From NCBI GenBank assembly GCA_964393205.1, contig CAYMSV010000003.1:98608-162607 (forward strand): DNA of 64,000 nucleotides, read 5' to 3'. This DNA is from an uncultured Pseudomonadales bacterium (GTDB lineage: Bacteria > Patescibacteriota > Microgenomatia > UBA1400 > PJMF01). The notes beneath the pieces were generated by a model, which saw nothing but the letters and a program-made list of their open reading frames with translations, searched no databases and was not told the origin of the DNA. Made by a program: the position numbers and the translations under genes. Shown here piece by piece: positions 26,362 through 35,506 of this stretch (within the stretch, counting starts at the first letter, position 1; the number at the start of each line of letters is the position of its first letter).

Positions 26362-27213
26362 ATGCAAAAAACTATAAATATTAAAAAAATAATTTTAATT
26401 AATTTATGTTTATTTTTTGTATTTTTTAGTTTTTTCTCTTTAAAAACTAGTTTGGTTAGGGCTGAAACAGAATCAGCGCCTAAAACCGACTTAATTTGGC
26501 AAAAAGAAAGACTTGAGGCTGAAATTCTAAATGCTCGTCAAAAGTATAGGGAGAGCCTGGAAGCCTATCGGAGTCAAGAGAGGCTTTATAACATAGCTTA
26601 TGATCAATATTCTTCTCTAAAAACTTTAGCTGCCCTAGAAGATTTAGTTCTAAAAACTAAAGCGGTACTTATTATTCGAGATGAAGTATTAATTAATTAT
26701 TTAGAATTACTAAAACTAAATCTTTACGCTAGTGAGGGAGTGGAGCTGTCCGTTAAAAGTAAATATTTAGATCTTTTAGATGAAAAAATTGCTGACTTAA
26801 AAAAACACAAAGAAGTATTGGAGAGTAAAACTGATCAGAGTGGAGTTCAAAGTAGTTTAGATGATTTTTCAAAGTTTGCAGACTTAGATAAACTCAGTCA
26901 ACAAATCTTAGCTCTATTAGCTATTTCTCGTTTACAGAGAATTTACGATTTAGCGATCCCTCTTAAAAAAGATATTGATACATTTCTAGCTGTGGAAGAA
27001 AATGATAAACTCAGTCCTTTATTTAGAGCTTCTGCAGAAACAGATAAAAGTTTAAATCAAGCACAAAATAACTTAAATATCCTTTGGGAAAAGTCTAATA
27101 AAGCTAATTCCTTAGAGGCTATATATCGTAACTTAACTAGAGACTTGAATCCGGCCTATATTAATTTATCTCAATCATTAGCTTACTTAAAGGAATTACT
27201 GGATTTTAATTAA
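26362..27213 (+). CDS. Secreted alpha-helical/coiled-coil protein, unknown
   Basis: Signal peptide followed by a Leu/Glu/Lys-rich helical sequence. No motif. Confidence 0.35.
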   Translation: MQKTINIKKIILINLCLFFVFFSFFSLKTSLVRAETESAPKTDLIWQKERLEAEILNARQKYRESLEAYRSQERLYNIAYDQYSSLKTLAALEDLVLKTKAVLIIRDEVLINYLELLKLNLYASEGVELSVKSKYLDLLDEKIADLKKHKEVLESKTDQSGVQSSLDDFSKFADLDKLSQQILALLAISRLQRIYDLAIPLKKDIDTFLAVEENDKLSPLFRASAETDKSLNQAQNNLNILWEKSNKANSLEAIYRNLTRDLNPAYINLSQSLAYLKELLDFN

Positions 27214-27217
27214 ACCT

Positions 27218-27583
27218 ATGGCTAGAAAAGATTTTTTAAAAAACGACCAGACCATTTTTGTTGATCAGGCTCCTCTGTGGCAAAGAGCATCTCAAAAAAA
27301 GATGGGCTTAAAAGAAAATTTGACAAGAAACAGGAATTTAAAGCCATTTTATTTTTTAATGGCAGGAGTTTTTTTATTATTTGCCTTATATATCATCCTT
27401 TTTTTCATTCCTAAAAGAAACAATCAAGCAGAAATAGTTGAACCTAGTGTGGAGGAGGAATTACTAGAAGCTCATCCATTGGAGCAAAGGATAGAGGTCC
27501 TTCAAGAAGATTTAAAAGCGGCAGATCCCACCAGACAGACATTAGCTTTTCCTAATGTAAATTTAAAGATCAGTTTTCCCTAA
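27218..27583 (+). CDS. Small membrane-anchored protein, unknown
   Basis: Single TM (FYFLMAGVFLLFALYIILFFI). ORF only. Confidence 0.3.
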   Translation: MARKDFLKNDQTIFVDQAPLWQRASQKKMGLKENLTRNRNLKPFYFLMAGVFLLFALYIILFFIPKRNNQAEIVEPSVEEELLEAHPLEQRIEVLQEDLKAADPTRQTLAFPNVNLKISFP

Positions 27584-27586
27584 AAT

Positions 27587-28159
27587 TTGCTACAATTAAT
27601 TACTATGTTAATTAACTTATCAGAACACCAGCATCGTTTTACTAAAGCTATAGAGCACTTTAAAAAAGAATTAAATTCTTTAAGAACGGGTCGAGCTTCA
27701 GTACAGTTATTAGATTCAGTAAAAGTAGAGGCTTACGGAAGCCATATGTCTCTTACAGAAGTAGCTAATATTTCTGTGCCAGATTCACAATTAATTGTCA
27801 TTAAACCTTGGGATAAGAGTTTGTTGCCCGCCATAGAAAAGGCTATTCAAAGCGCTCAGCTTAATCTTAATCCTGTAGTAGATAAAGAACTGATTAGGGT
27901 GCCGGTGCCAGCTTTAACTGCAGAGCGTCGTCAAGAAATGGTAAAAGTTCTTCATCAACGAGCTGAGGAGGCTCGAGTAATGTTAAGGCAAATCAGAGCT
28001 GATATACGCAAGGATATTGAAAAACAAGAAGGAGAAGCTGGAGTTAGCGAAGATGATTTAAAGATTAGGTTTGCAGAGCTTGAAGATTTGGTAAAAGAGC
28101 ATATGAATGAGATTGAAGAGTTAGTTACTGCTAAAGAAAAAGACTTATTAACCATTTAA
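27587..28159 (+). CDS. frr: Ribosome recycling factor
   Basis: Collinear RRF sequence (…LRTGRASVQLLDSVKVEAYGS…PVPALTAERRQEMVK…). Confidence 0.9.
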   Translation: MLQLITMLINLSEHQHRFTKAIEHFKKELNSLRTGRASVQLLDSVKVEAYGSHMSLTEVANISVPDSQLIVIKPWDKSLLPAIEKAIQSAQLNLNPVVDKELIRVPVPALTAERRQEMVKVLHQRAEEARVMLRQIRADIRKDIEKQEGEAGVSEDDLKIRFAELEDLVKEHMNEIEELVTAKEKDLLTI

Positions 28160-28161
28160 TT

Positions 28162-29307
28162 ATGTTTGAAATAATTGTATTTGCTCTAGTTTTATCTTTT
28201 TTGGTTTTAATTCATGAATTGGGTCATTATTTATTGGCTCGTAAAAATAAAATTAAAATTAAAGAGTTCGGCTTGGGTTATCCTCCACGAGTTTTTAAAC
28301 TTTTTACTTATCAGGGCACAGTTTTTTCTCTTAACGCTATTCCTTTTGGTGGTTTTGTACAACTTGAAGGAGAAAATGGTCCGGAAAAAAAACAGATGGC
28401 TATTAATAAAAAAAATAAAGATAAAAAATGGGGACCATTTTTTAGCAAATCAATTTCAGCTCGCCTACAAACTCTTTTAGCAGGAGCAGCTTTTAATTTT
28501 CTATTTGGCATCTTAGCTTTTAGCGTGATTTTTTCCAAAACCGGTATTCCTAGAGAATTAGTTCAACAAGCTAGAATTTATGACCTCATTGAAGATTCTC
28601 CAGCTATTGAAGCAGGCTTAAATAAAAACACCAACATAATAGCTTTTTATAGTGAAAACGATCAGCAGTGGATAAAAGTTAATGAGATTAGTGAAGTTCA
28701 GGATTATGTAGCCAATCATTTGGGGGAAGAGGTAATTATAAGAACCACGGAAAGCTGTGAGGTCACTTCTTGTCCAGAAGATTATCAAGATTATCAAATT
28801 TATTTGCGTCAGGAGAGTGAGCGGTCAGATTCTGAAGGAGCTATGGGGGTGGTTTTTACTACTGTTGTATATGAACATTACCCTTGGTATTTGGCAGCAA
28901 TCAAGGGCACCTTATATGGTTTTAGAGAAGCTCTGCTTTTAGGTTTATTGATTTTGCAAGCTTTGGGGACCTTAATAATTAATTTGGTTCGAGGACAATC
29001 AGTTGCTATGGATGTAGCTGGACCTGTAGGAATAGTGCATCAGGCCCAAACCTATGGTTTTTTTGATGGTGGTTGGTTAAACATTTTAAGCTTTGCTGCT
29101 TTGCTGTCAATTAATTTAGGGGTTATGAATCTACTACCTATACCTGCACTAGATGGTGGTCGAGCTATTTTTGTTCTTTTGGAAAAAATAACTGCAAAAG
29201 AAAAAATCGAAAAGATTGCCAATTGGGCCAACTATGTAGGTTTTTTTATTTTAATTTTATTAATGGTGTTTGTTTCAATTAATGATGTAATGAAACTTTT
29301 TACTTAA
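28162..29307 (+). CDS. rseP: RIP site-2 zinc metalloprotease RseP family
   Basis: 'HELGHYLLAR' HExxH in TM1, a PDZ-like middle region, and a C-terminal 'LLPIPALDGGR' motif. Confidence 0.85.
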   Translation: MFEIIVFALVLSFLVLIHELGHYLLARKNKIKIKEFGLGYPPRVFKLFTYQGTVFSLNAIPFGGFVQLEGENGPEKKQMAINKKNKDKKWGPFFSKSISARLQTLLAGAAFNFLFGILAFSVIFSKTGIPRELVQQARIYDLIEDSPAIEAGLNKNTNIIAFYSENDQQWIKVNEISEVQDYVANHLGEEVIIRTTESCEVTSCPEDYQDYQIYLRQESERSDSEGAMGVVFTTVVYEHYPWYLAAIKGTLYGFREALLLGLLILQALGTLIINLVRGQSVAMDVAGPVGIVHQAQTYGFFDGGWLNILSFAALLSINLGVMNLLPIPALDGGRAIFVLLEKITAKEKIEKIANWANYVGFFILILLMVFVSINDVMKLFT

Positions 29308-29346
29308 AAATTTCTCTGTAAAAACTATTTTAAAAACAAAATATTT

Positions 29347-29595
29347 ATGGCAAAAAAACGAAGAAAAGCTGATAAAATTCATGCTCAAAAGCTTCTTAAA
29401 AAGAAAGTAGTTAAACAAAAAGTTTCTAAAAAATTTACAGGTAAAGTAAAAGAAGAATTAAAAATTGAAAAAGAAAAAATAGCAACTTTATTTAACTATG
29501 ATCCTCGCTTAATCGCCACAGATTTAAAAAAAACTTTATTAATTACTCTAGTAGTTTTACTAGTTTTAGCTTTGATAGCTTTGCGTTATACTTAG
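29347..29595 (+). CDS. Small highly basic tail-anchored protein (82 aa), unknown
   Basis: Lys-rich N-terminal 55 aa and a C-terminal TM (LLITLVVLLVLALIAL). Confidence 0.3.
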   Translation: MAKKRRKADKIHAQKLLKKKVVKQKVSKKFTGKVKEELKIEKEKIATLFNYDPRLIATDLKKTLLITLVVLLVLALIALRYT

Positions 29596-29626
29596 GATTG
29601 TCTAATTTTAGAAAGGTAGTAAAAAT

Positions 29627-30817
29627 ATGTCTAAGAAAAATTTAATTATTTTATTAATTTTTTATCTATTTTCTAGCGTTTTGTCTTTTTTCGCTTTTTC
29701 TTATTTTGGTGAAGGAGCGATAGCTCTTAATCAGGCTCAACAAGAAGAAGAAAAAGAATCTCTGTTGGCTGGTTTATTAAATATAGACCCCAATGAAGCT
29801 CTTGATCAAGCTTGTCCCCTAAACGGTAAATATTATACTTTGACTGAAAGAAACGCTTGGGAGACTAGGCGTCCTTTATTTGTCATGATTGAAAACGCTC
29901 CTGATGCTCGTCCACATTCTGGTCTAAGTAGAGCGGATGTGGTTTTTGAAGCAGTGGCAGAGGGTGGAGTTACTCGCTTTGGGGCTTTATATTACTGTGC
30001 AGCACAAAATGAAAACGTAGTGATTGCTCCAGTGCGCAGTGCTCGTACCTATTTTGTAGATTGGGCTTCAGGATTTAATTTACCAATGTATGTTCATGTT
30101 GGTGGTGCTAATTTACCTGGACCAACCAATGCTTTAGGGCAAATTGCTGATTACGGTTGGCGGGGAGAGAATGATATTGATCAGTTTTCAGTTGGTTATC
30201 CTACTTTTGTTCGCAATTATAATCGCGTTCCTGGAAAAACTGTGGCAACTGAACACACTATGCAAAGCGAAACAGAAGCTTTATGGGAAGTAGCTGAAAA
30301 AAGGGAGTGGACTAATCTTACTCCGGAAAGAATAGTTAATCGAAAAACTATTGCCGCAGCTGCTTGGCAAGATGCTTATCAGGGTTGGGTTTTTGAGGAT
30401 GAGCCTGGAAGTCCGGGTTTAATCCAAAAAGTTAGTTATGATTTTTGGACTGGTTATAATCAGTATTCAGTCGAATGGAATTATGATCAGGAGCTAGATG
30501 CATATAAGCGCAGCAATGCGGGTGAATTACAAATAGATTTGAATAACGATGAAGAACTGGCTTTTAGCAATGTAGTTGTTTTATTTACTACAGAAAAGGG
30601 TCCTATTAACGAACTCAAACACATGATCTATGGAACTACAGGTAGGGGTAAGGCCTTGATTTTTAAACATGGCCAGTCTCCAATTGAGGTCAATTGGAAT
30701 AAACTTAGCCGAGAAGCAGAATTAGAATTTACTGATGTTCGAGGTAAGGCAGTGGAATTAGCGCGTGGACCAATTTGGATTAGTGTTTTAGCTAACGGGA
30801 GTGAAGTCAGTTATTAA
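29627..30817 (+). CDS. Secreted DUF3048-like (YerB-like) protein
   Basis: Signal peptide/TM, then 'RPLFVMIENAPDARPHSGLSRADVVFEAVAEGGVTRFGALYY…VRSARTYF', which I recall as the conserved DUF3048 core of B. subtilis YerB. This rests on memory, not a search. Confidence 0.45.
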   Translation: MSKKNLIILLIFYLFSSVLSFFAFSYFGEGAIALNQAQQEEEKESLLAGLLNIDPNEALDQACPLNGKYYTLTERNAWETRRPLFVMIENAPDARPHSGLSRADVVFEAVAEGGVTRFGALYYCAAQNENVVIAPVRSARTYFVDWASGFNLPMYVHVGGANLPGPTNALGQIADYGWRGENDIDQFSVGYPTFVRNYNRVPGKTVATEHTMQSETEALWEVAEKREWTNLTPERIVNRKTIAAAAWQDAYQGWVFEDEPGSPGLIQKVSYDFWTGYNQYSVEWNYDQELDAYKRSNAGELQIDLNNDEELAFSNVVVLFTTEKGPINELKHMIYGTTGRGKALIFKHGQSPIEVNWNKLSREAELEFTDVRGKAVELARGPIWISVLANGSEVSY

Positions 30818-30834
30818 TTAAGTTTGTTTTAAAG

Positions 30835-30861
30835 AAGCCGGTTTTCACCGGCTTTTTTTAT
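30835..30861 (+). terminator. Rho-independent terminator downstream of the DUF3048 gene
   Basis: Perfect hairpin AAGCCGGT-TTTC-ACCGGCTT followed by T7. Confidence 0.6.
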
Positions 30862-30954
30862 TTATTGTTTCATTTTATTACTTGTTTTTTTATCTTCATT
30901 AACTTAGAATTGAGTAAATTTTTGTTTCAAGAAAAAAACTAAAAAAGGAAACAC

Positions 30955-31554
30955 ATGTCTTGTCTAAATGACTTATTAGTATCAAAAGTTAGAGTTAAAG
31001 TTTTAGAATTATTTTATAAGAATCCTGAAGAAATGTATTATGTTAGAGAGATTACTCGTCTCATTAAAGAAGAAATTAATGCTGTTAGACGAGAATTAGA
31101 GCGTATGCTCGAATGCGGTTTATTAAAAAGTGAACAACGGGGAAACCGCTTGTATTACTATTTAAATAAGCGCTATCTTTATCATCAAGAATTACAGAGA
31201 GTTGTTGCTAAAAGCACTGGCTTGGGTAAAAAAATTCGTCGTTATAGACGCAAACTCGGTTCTCTTTCTTACGTGATGTTTTCTGGAACTTTTGCCAGTC
31301 GTCAGCAAGCGCGTCCAGATGAGTTAGATATTTTATTGGTTGGTGATGTTGTTTTACCAGAGTTAGATGCAATAATTAAAGCAGAGCAAAAAGAGTTAGG
31401 AAGAGAAATTAATTATGCAGTGCTTAATGCAGACGAATTTGAATTTAGAAAAACCAGAAGAGATCCTTTTGTTATGGAGGTTTTATATGGGGTTAGAGTG
31501 ATGATTATTGGTGATGAAAATGAGTTTTGTCATCGTGATATGCCAACCAGCTAA
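30955..31554 (+). CDS. Putative winged-helix transcriptional regulator with a C-terminal unknown domain
   Basis: The N-terminal roughly 70 aa resemble an ArsR/wHTH fold (VKVLELFYKNPEEMYYVREITRLIKEEINAVRRELERMLECGLL). Its own upstream region and a terminator lie just before it; secDF follows. Confidence 0.45.
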   Translation: MSCLNDLLVSKVRVKVLELFYKNPEEMYYVREITRLIKEEINAVRRELERMLECGLLKSEQRGNRLYYYLNKRYLYHQELQRVVAKSTGLGKKIRRYRRKLGSLSYVMFSGTFASRQQARPDELDILLVGDVVLPELDAIIKAEQKELGREINYAVLNADEFEFRKTRRDPFVMEVLYGVRVMIIGDENEFCHRDMPTS

Positions 31555-31578
31555 TTATAAATTTTATAGATTATTTTT

Positions 31579-32973
31579 ATGAATAAAAAATCAAAAGGTC
31601 GAAGTCTTTTTTTGATTTTTTTGCTAAGTATCATTGCTGCTTATATTGCTTTTCCAGATCGTTTGAAATTTGATCAGATTATTTTAAGTAGACGCGTTCA
31701 GTTTGAAATTAATAAAAAACCGATTGATTTTTATTTTTGGGGTAAACGAGTATATAAAGATTTTCAACTAAAAAAGGGCTTGGATATTCAGGGAGGAATG
31801 CAGGTAGTCTTGCGGGCTAGGGTAGATCAAATTGATCCAGAAGACAGAGAAATTGCTCTAGAGTCGGCTAGAAATATTATTAGTCGCAGGGTTGACCTAT
31901 ATGGAATTAGTGAACCAAGTATTCAGACTGCTCGTTTAGAAGACGAATATCGTCTTATTGTTGAACTCCCTGGTGTTGATGATCCTCAAGAGGCTCTAGA
32001 TTTAGTTGGTCAAACTGCACAATTAGAATTTAGATTAGAGAAAAAGTTAAGTGAAGAAGAATTGGCAATAGCTACGCAATCAGCCTTAGTGTGGGATGAA
32101 TACTTTGAAAATACGGGTTTAACAGGACAACAATTAAAAAGAGCGCAGGTGCAATTTGATCAACAAAGTGCCAATCCCATCATTGCTTTAGAGTTTAATG
32201 ATGAAGGACGAGAGCTTTTTGCTGATATTACTAAAAATAATTTAAATGAGATTTTAGCCATTTTTATTGATGGTTCGCCGGTGGTAACACCAACTATTTC
32301 AAACGCTATTTTAGATGGACGAGCGGTAATGACTGGTGATTTTAGTGTTGAGGAAGCCAAGAATTTAGCCATTCAGTTAAATGCTGGAGCACTACCAGTA
32401 AATATTGAAGTTTTAGAACAAAAGAATGTTGGGGCTAGTTTAGGGGATGAATCAGTAAGAAAAAGTATTAATGCGGGTATAGTGGGCTTATGTTTAGTAA
32501 TTTTATTTATGATTTTGTATTACGGTTGGTTGGGAGTAATTTCTTCTTTAGCTCTTATTATTTATGCAGTTTTAACTCTTGCTATTTATAAAGTTATAGG
32601 TGTCGTTTTAACTTTACCAGGAATTGCTGGTCTAATTTTAACGATTGGAATGGCAGTGGATGCAAATATTTTAATTTTTGAAAGAATGAAGGAAGAACAG
32701 CGAGCTGGTTCAAGTTATGCCGAATCAATGGAATTGGGTTTTGGTCGAGCCTGGGACAGCATTAAGGACGCTAACTTAGCTTCAATTATTACGGCTCTAG
32801 TATTGATTAATCCTCTCAACTTTTCTTTTTTGAATACTAGTGGCTTAGTTAAAGGATTTGGTGTTACCTTTTTACTAGGAAGCTTAATAAGCATGTTTAC
32901 TGGTGTCCTCGTATCAAGAGTTTTGGTAAGACAACTAATGCCGATTATTAAACCTAAGGAATTTAAATCATGA
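31579..32973 (+). CDS. secD: Protein translocase subunit SecD
   Basis: N-terminal TM, a periplasmic domain with 'LDIQGGMQVVL', and a C-terminal six-TM domain. Confidence 0.9.
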   Translation: MNKKSKGRSLFLIFLLSIIAAYIAFPDRLKFDQIILSRRVQFEINKKPIDFYFWGKRVYKDFQLKKGLDIQGGMQVVLRARVDQIDPEDREIALESARNIISRRVDLYGISEPSIQTARLEDEYRLIVELPGVDDPQEALDLVGQTAQLEFRLEKKLSEEELAIATQSALVWDEYFENTGLTGQQLKRAQVQFDQQSANPIIALEFNDEGRELFADITKNNLNEILAIFIDGSPVVTPTISNAILDGRAVMTGDFSVEEAKNLAIQLNAGALPVNIEVLEQKNVGASLGDESVRKSINAGIVGLCLVILFMILYYGWLGVISSLALIIYAVLTLAIYKVIGVVLTLPGIAGLILTIGMAVDANILIFERMKEEQRAGSSYAESMELGFGRAWDSIKDANLASIITALVLINPLNFSFLNTSGLVKGFGVTFLLGSLISMFTGVLVSRVLVRQLMPIIKPKEFKS

Positions 32974-33863
32974 ATTTGATGAAATATAAAAAAATTTTCT
33001 TTTTAATTTCAGCTTTTTTTCTTGTGCCGGGATTAATTTCTCTGGCTCTTTTTGGTTTAAAACCAGCTATAGATTTTACTGGAGGTAGCTTAATGGAGAT
33101 TGAATTCTTAGAAGAGGAAAAATTAAGTACTTACCAAGAAGAAAGTTTCAAAGATAGTCTGAGGGAGATTTTTGAAATTAATACAATTCAGTTGACTGGT
33201 GAAAACAATTTAATAATAAAGGGTAAAGAGATCAGTAATGAAAATAAGGATATTGTTCTGGAAACTATTAGTCAACAATATGGAGAATTGGAGCTGTTAC
33301 GTTTTGAGAGTGTTGGTCCACTTTTAGGCAAAGAACTGTTGAAGAAAACTTTCACAGCTATACTTTTAGTATCTGGGGTGATTATTTTTTATATCTGGCG
33401 ACAATTTAACGAAATAAAGTATGGGATTTCGGCAGTGCTGGCCATGTTTCATGACTCTCTAATTTTGATCGGAATTTTTAGTTTATTGGGTTATTTTAAG
33501 GGAGTTGAAGTTGATTTGTTATTTGTGACTGCAGTATTAACTACCTTGTCTTTTTCTATTCATGACACAGTTGTTGTTTACAATCGTATTAGAGAATTGC
33601 AAAAAAAACACAAACATCTCTCTCTAACCGCAATTGCTAATGCAGCTGTTTGGAAAACTTTAGGTAGATCAATAAATGATTCAGTAACCATCATTTTAAT
33701 GTTGCTTTCTTTAGTTTTACTTGGAGGTGAAAGTATTCGCTATTTTTCTTTAGCGCTGTTAATAGGTGCTATTACTGGTACCTATTCAAGTACTTTTACT
33801 GCTGTACCAATATTGTTAATTTGGGAAGAAATCGTAGATCGTCGTAAAAATAAAGAAAAATAG
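32970..33863 (+). CDS. secF: Protein translocase subunit SecF
   Basis: Overlaps secD by 4 nt; 'IDFTGGSLMEI', C-terminal six-TM domain. Confidence 0.9.
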   Translation: MNLMKYKKIFFLISAFFLVPGLISLALFGLKPAIDFTGGSLMEIEFLEEEKLSTYQEESFKDSLREIFEINTIQLTGENNLIIKGKEISNENKDIVLETISQQYGELELLRFESVGPLLGKELLKKTFTAILLVSGVIIFYIWRQFNEIKYGISAVLAMFHDSLILIGIFSLLGYFKGVEVDLLFVTAVLTTLSFSIHDTVVVYNRIRELQKKHKHLSLTAIANAAVWKTLGRSINDSVTIILMLLSLVLLGGESIRYFSLALLIGAITGTYSSTFTAVPILLIWEEIVDRRKNKEK

Positions 33864-33866
33864 TTT

Positions 33867-35486
33867 TTATTTTTTATTTTCAGCCAAAAATTTTTTTGCT
33901 TCAGCAATTAATAGATTTTTTTTATTGAGTTCGGGATTCTGTAAAACTTTTTCCAAAAGTTGTTTAAGAATTTGACCGACAATTGGGCTAGCTTTGATTT
34001 TTAAATTTTTAATCAAATCTTGACCGTTGACTGCTAAGTCACTTAAATCCATGGGTTGATTGAGTTGTTCAATAATTCGATCTTTAAATTCTTCTAGTCT
34101 CCAGCTAGTTTTTTTAGCACCACTTCCCAAGCGATCTCCTTCTCTCAGGTCTAGAATATCATCAATATTTTCCAATCCCACCTTCTTAATAAAGCGACGA
34201 ATTGAGGCATCAGTGTGTTCAGGTTGATAATAAAACATGTGATAGCGAACTAGAATGAATACTCGTTGAACATCCTTTTTAGCCAAACGAAGCCTTTTAG
34301 CAATTTTACTGGCAACTCTAGAGCCAGAGACCTCATGATTATAAAAAGTAATTTCTTTGTTTTTTTCAGAATAAGTTTCTGGTTTTCCGACATCATGTAA
34401 AAGAGCTGCTAGGCGAACGACTGGATCCTGACTGGGACAAGCCTCAAGAGCATCAAGACTATGAATCCAAACGTCAGTCGTGTGATGTCCTGGTTGATCC
34501 ATGTTTTTACCCAATTTTAATTCTGGAACAATATAATCTAATAAGCCAGTTTCATCCAAGAGTCTAATACCATCTGCTGGATGAGGAGAAGCCAAAATTT
34601 TCATAAACTCAGCGCCAATTCTTTCGAAACTAACAAAGGGTAATAAGTCTTTATTATTTTTAATTGATAAGTAAGTTTCCTTTTCTATTTTCATGTTTAA
34701 TTGAACAGCTAAGCGAACAGCTCTGAGCATTCTCAAGGCATCTTCTTTGAATCTTTGATCTGCTTGGCCAACAGTTCTAATGAGCTTATTTTTTAAGTCC
34801 TGATAGCCTCGGTATTCATCAATTAGTTGCCAATCATTTACTTCGGGCTGATAATATTCTTGGATATTTTTTTGTTTATCAAATATTTTTTCTAAATAAC
34901 TGTTGTTTATGTCTATAGCCATAGCGTTAACAGTAAAATCGCGCCTACTTAAGTCATCTTTAATATTTTTCCCCCAAACCACAGTCTCTGGTCGACGATG
35001 ATCTGAATAATTACCATCACTGCGGAAGGTGGTAATTTCAAAAGGAGGAAGCTTAGCTTTTTCTGATTTGTTTTCCAAAATTTTTTTAGAAGAATCTGCT
35101 TTATTTTTTAAAGATGCGTGAATTTTTTTAGCTTTTTTTAAATTAATAATTTTTTTAGCTTGATCACTTTTTATAAATTCTTTTTCTTTATCCAACAATC
35201 TTTTATATAAATTTTTCTTTGGTAATTTAAAGCCTCGATCAATTATTTGCTTTATCAAATTTTCGTGAGTAATGCTGACGGTGCCAAATGAGTTTTCATA
35301 AAAACTTTTTGAAAAGACTTTTTGTATTTCTTGAGGATTAGCACTAGTAGTAAAATCAAAATCTTTAACTTCTTCTTGTTTAAGAATAAGATCTCTGACT
35401 GCTCCACCAACCACATAAGCTTCAAAACCAGCTTGTTTAAGTCTATAAATAATGAAAAGAGATTCAAATGGTAAATTCAGCTTCAT
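33867..35486 (-). CDS. cca: CCA tRNA nucleotidyltransferase with C-terminal HD domain
   Basis: 'GGAVRDLIL', 'DFDFTT' (DxD), 'FEITTFRSDGNYSDHRRPE', and HD 'HHTTDVWIHSLD…LLHDVGKP'. It carries an unusual Lys-rich low-complexity insertion of roughly 60-70 aa in the head domain. Confidence 0.85.
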   Translation of the reverse strand: MKLNLPFESLFIIYRLKQAGFEAYVVGGAVRDLILKQEEVKDFDFTTSANPQEIQKVFSKSFYENSFGTVSITHENLIKQIIDRGFKLPKKNLYKRLLDKEKEFIKSDQAKKIINLKKAKKIHASLKNKADSSKKILENKSEKAKLPPFEITTFRSDGNYSDHRRPETVVWGKNIKDDLSRRDFTVNAMAIDINNSYLEKIFDKQKNIQEYYQPEVNDWQLIDEYRGYQDLKNKLIRTVGQADQRFKEDALRMLRAVRLAVQLNMKIEKETYLSIKNNKDLLPFVSFERIGAEFMKILASPHPADGIRLLDETGLLDYIVPELKLGKNMDQPGHHTTDVWIHSLDALEACPSQDPVVRLAALLHDVGKPETYSEKNKEITFYNHEVSGSRVASKIAKRLRLAKKDVQRVFILVRYHMFYYQPEHTDASIRRFIKKVGLENIDDILDLREGDRLGSGAKKTSWRLEEFKDRIIEQLNQPMDLSDLAVNGQDLIKNLKIKASPIVGQILKQLLEKVLQNPELNKKNLLIAEAKKFLAENKK

Positions 35487-35506
35487 AAGGTTATTATAAA
35501 AGAACT

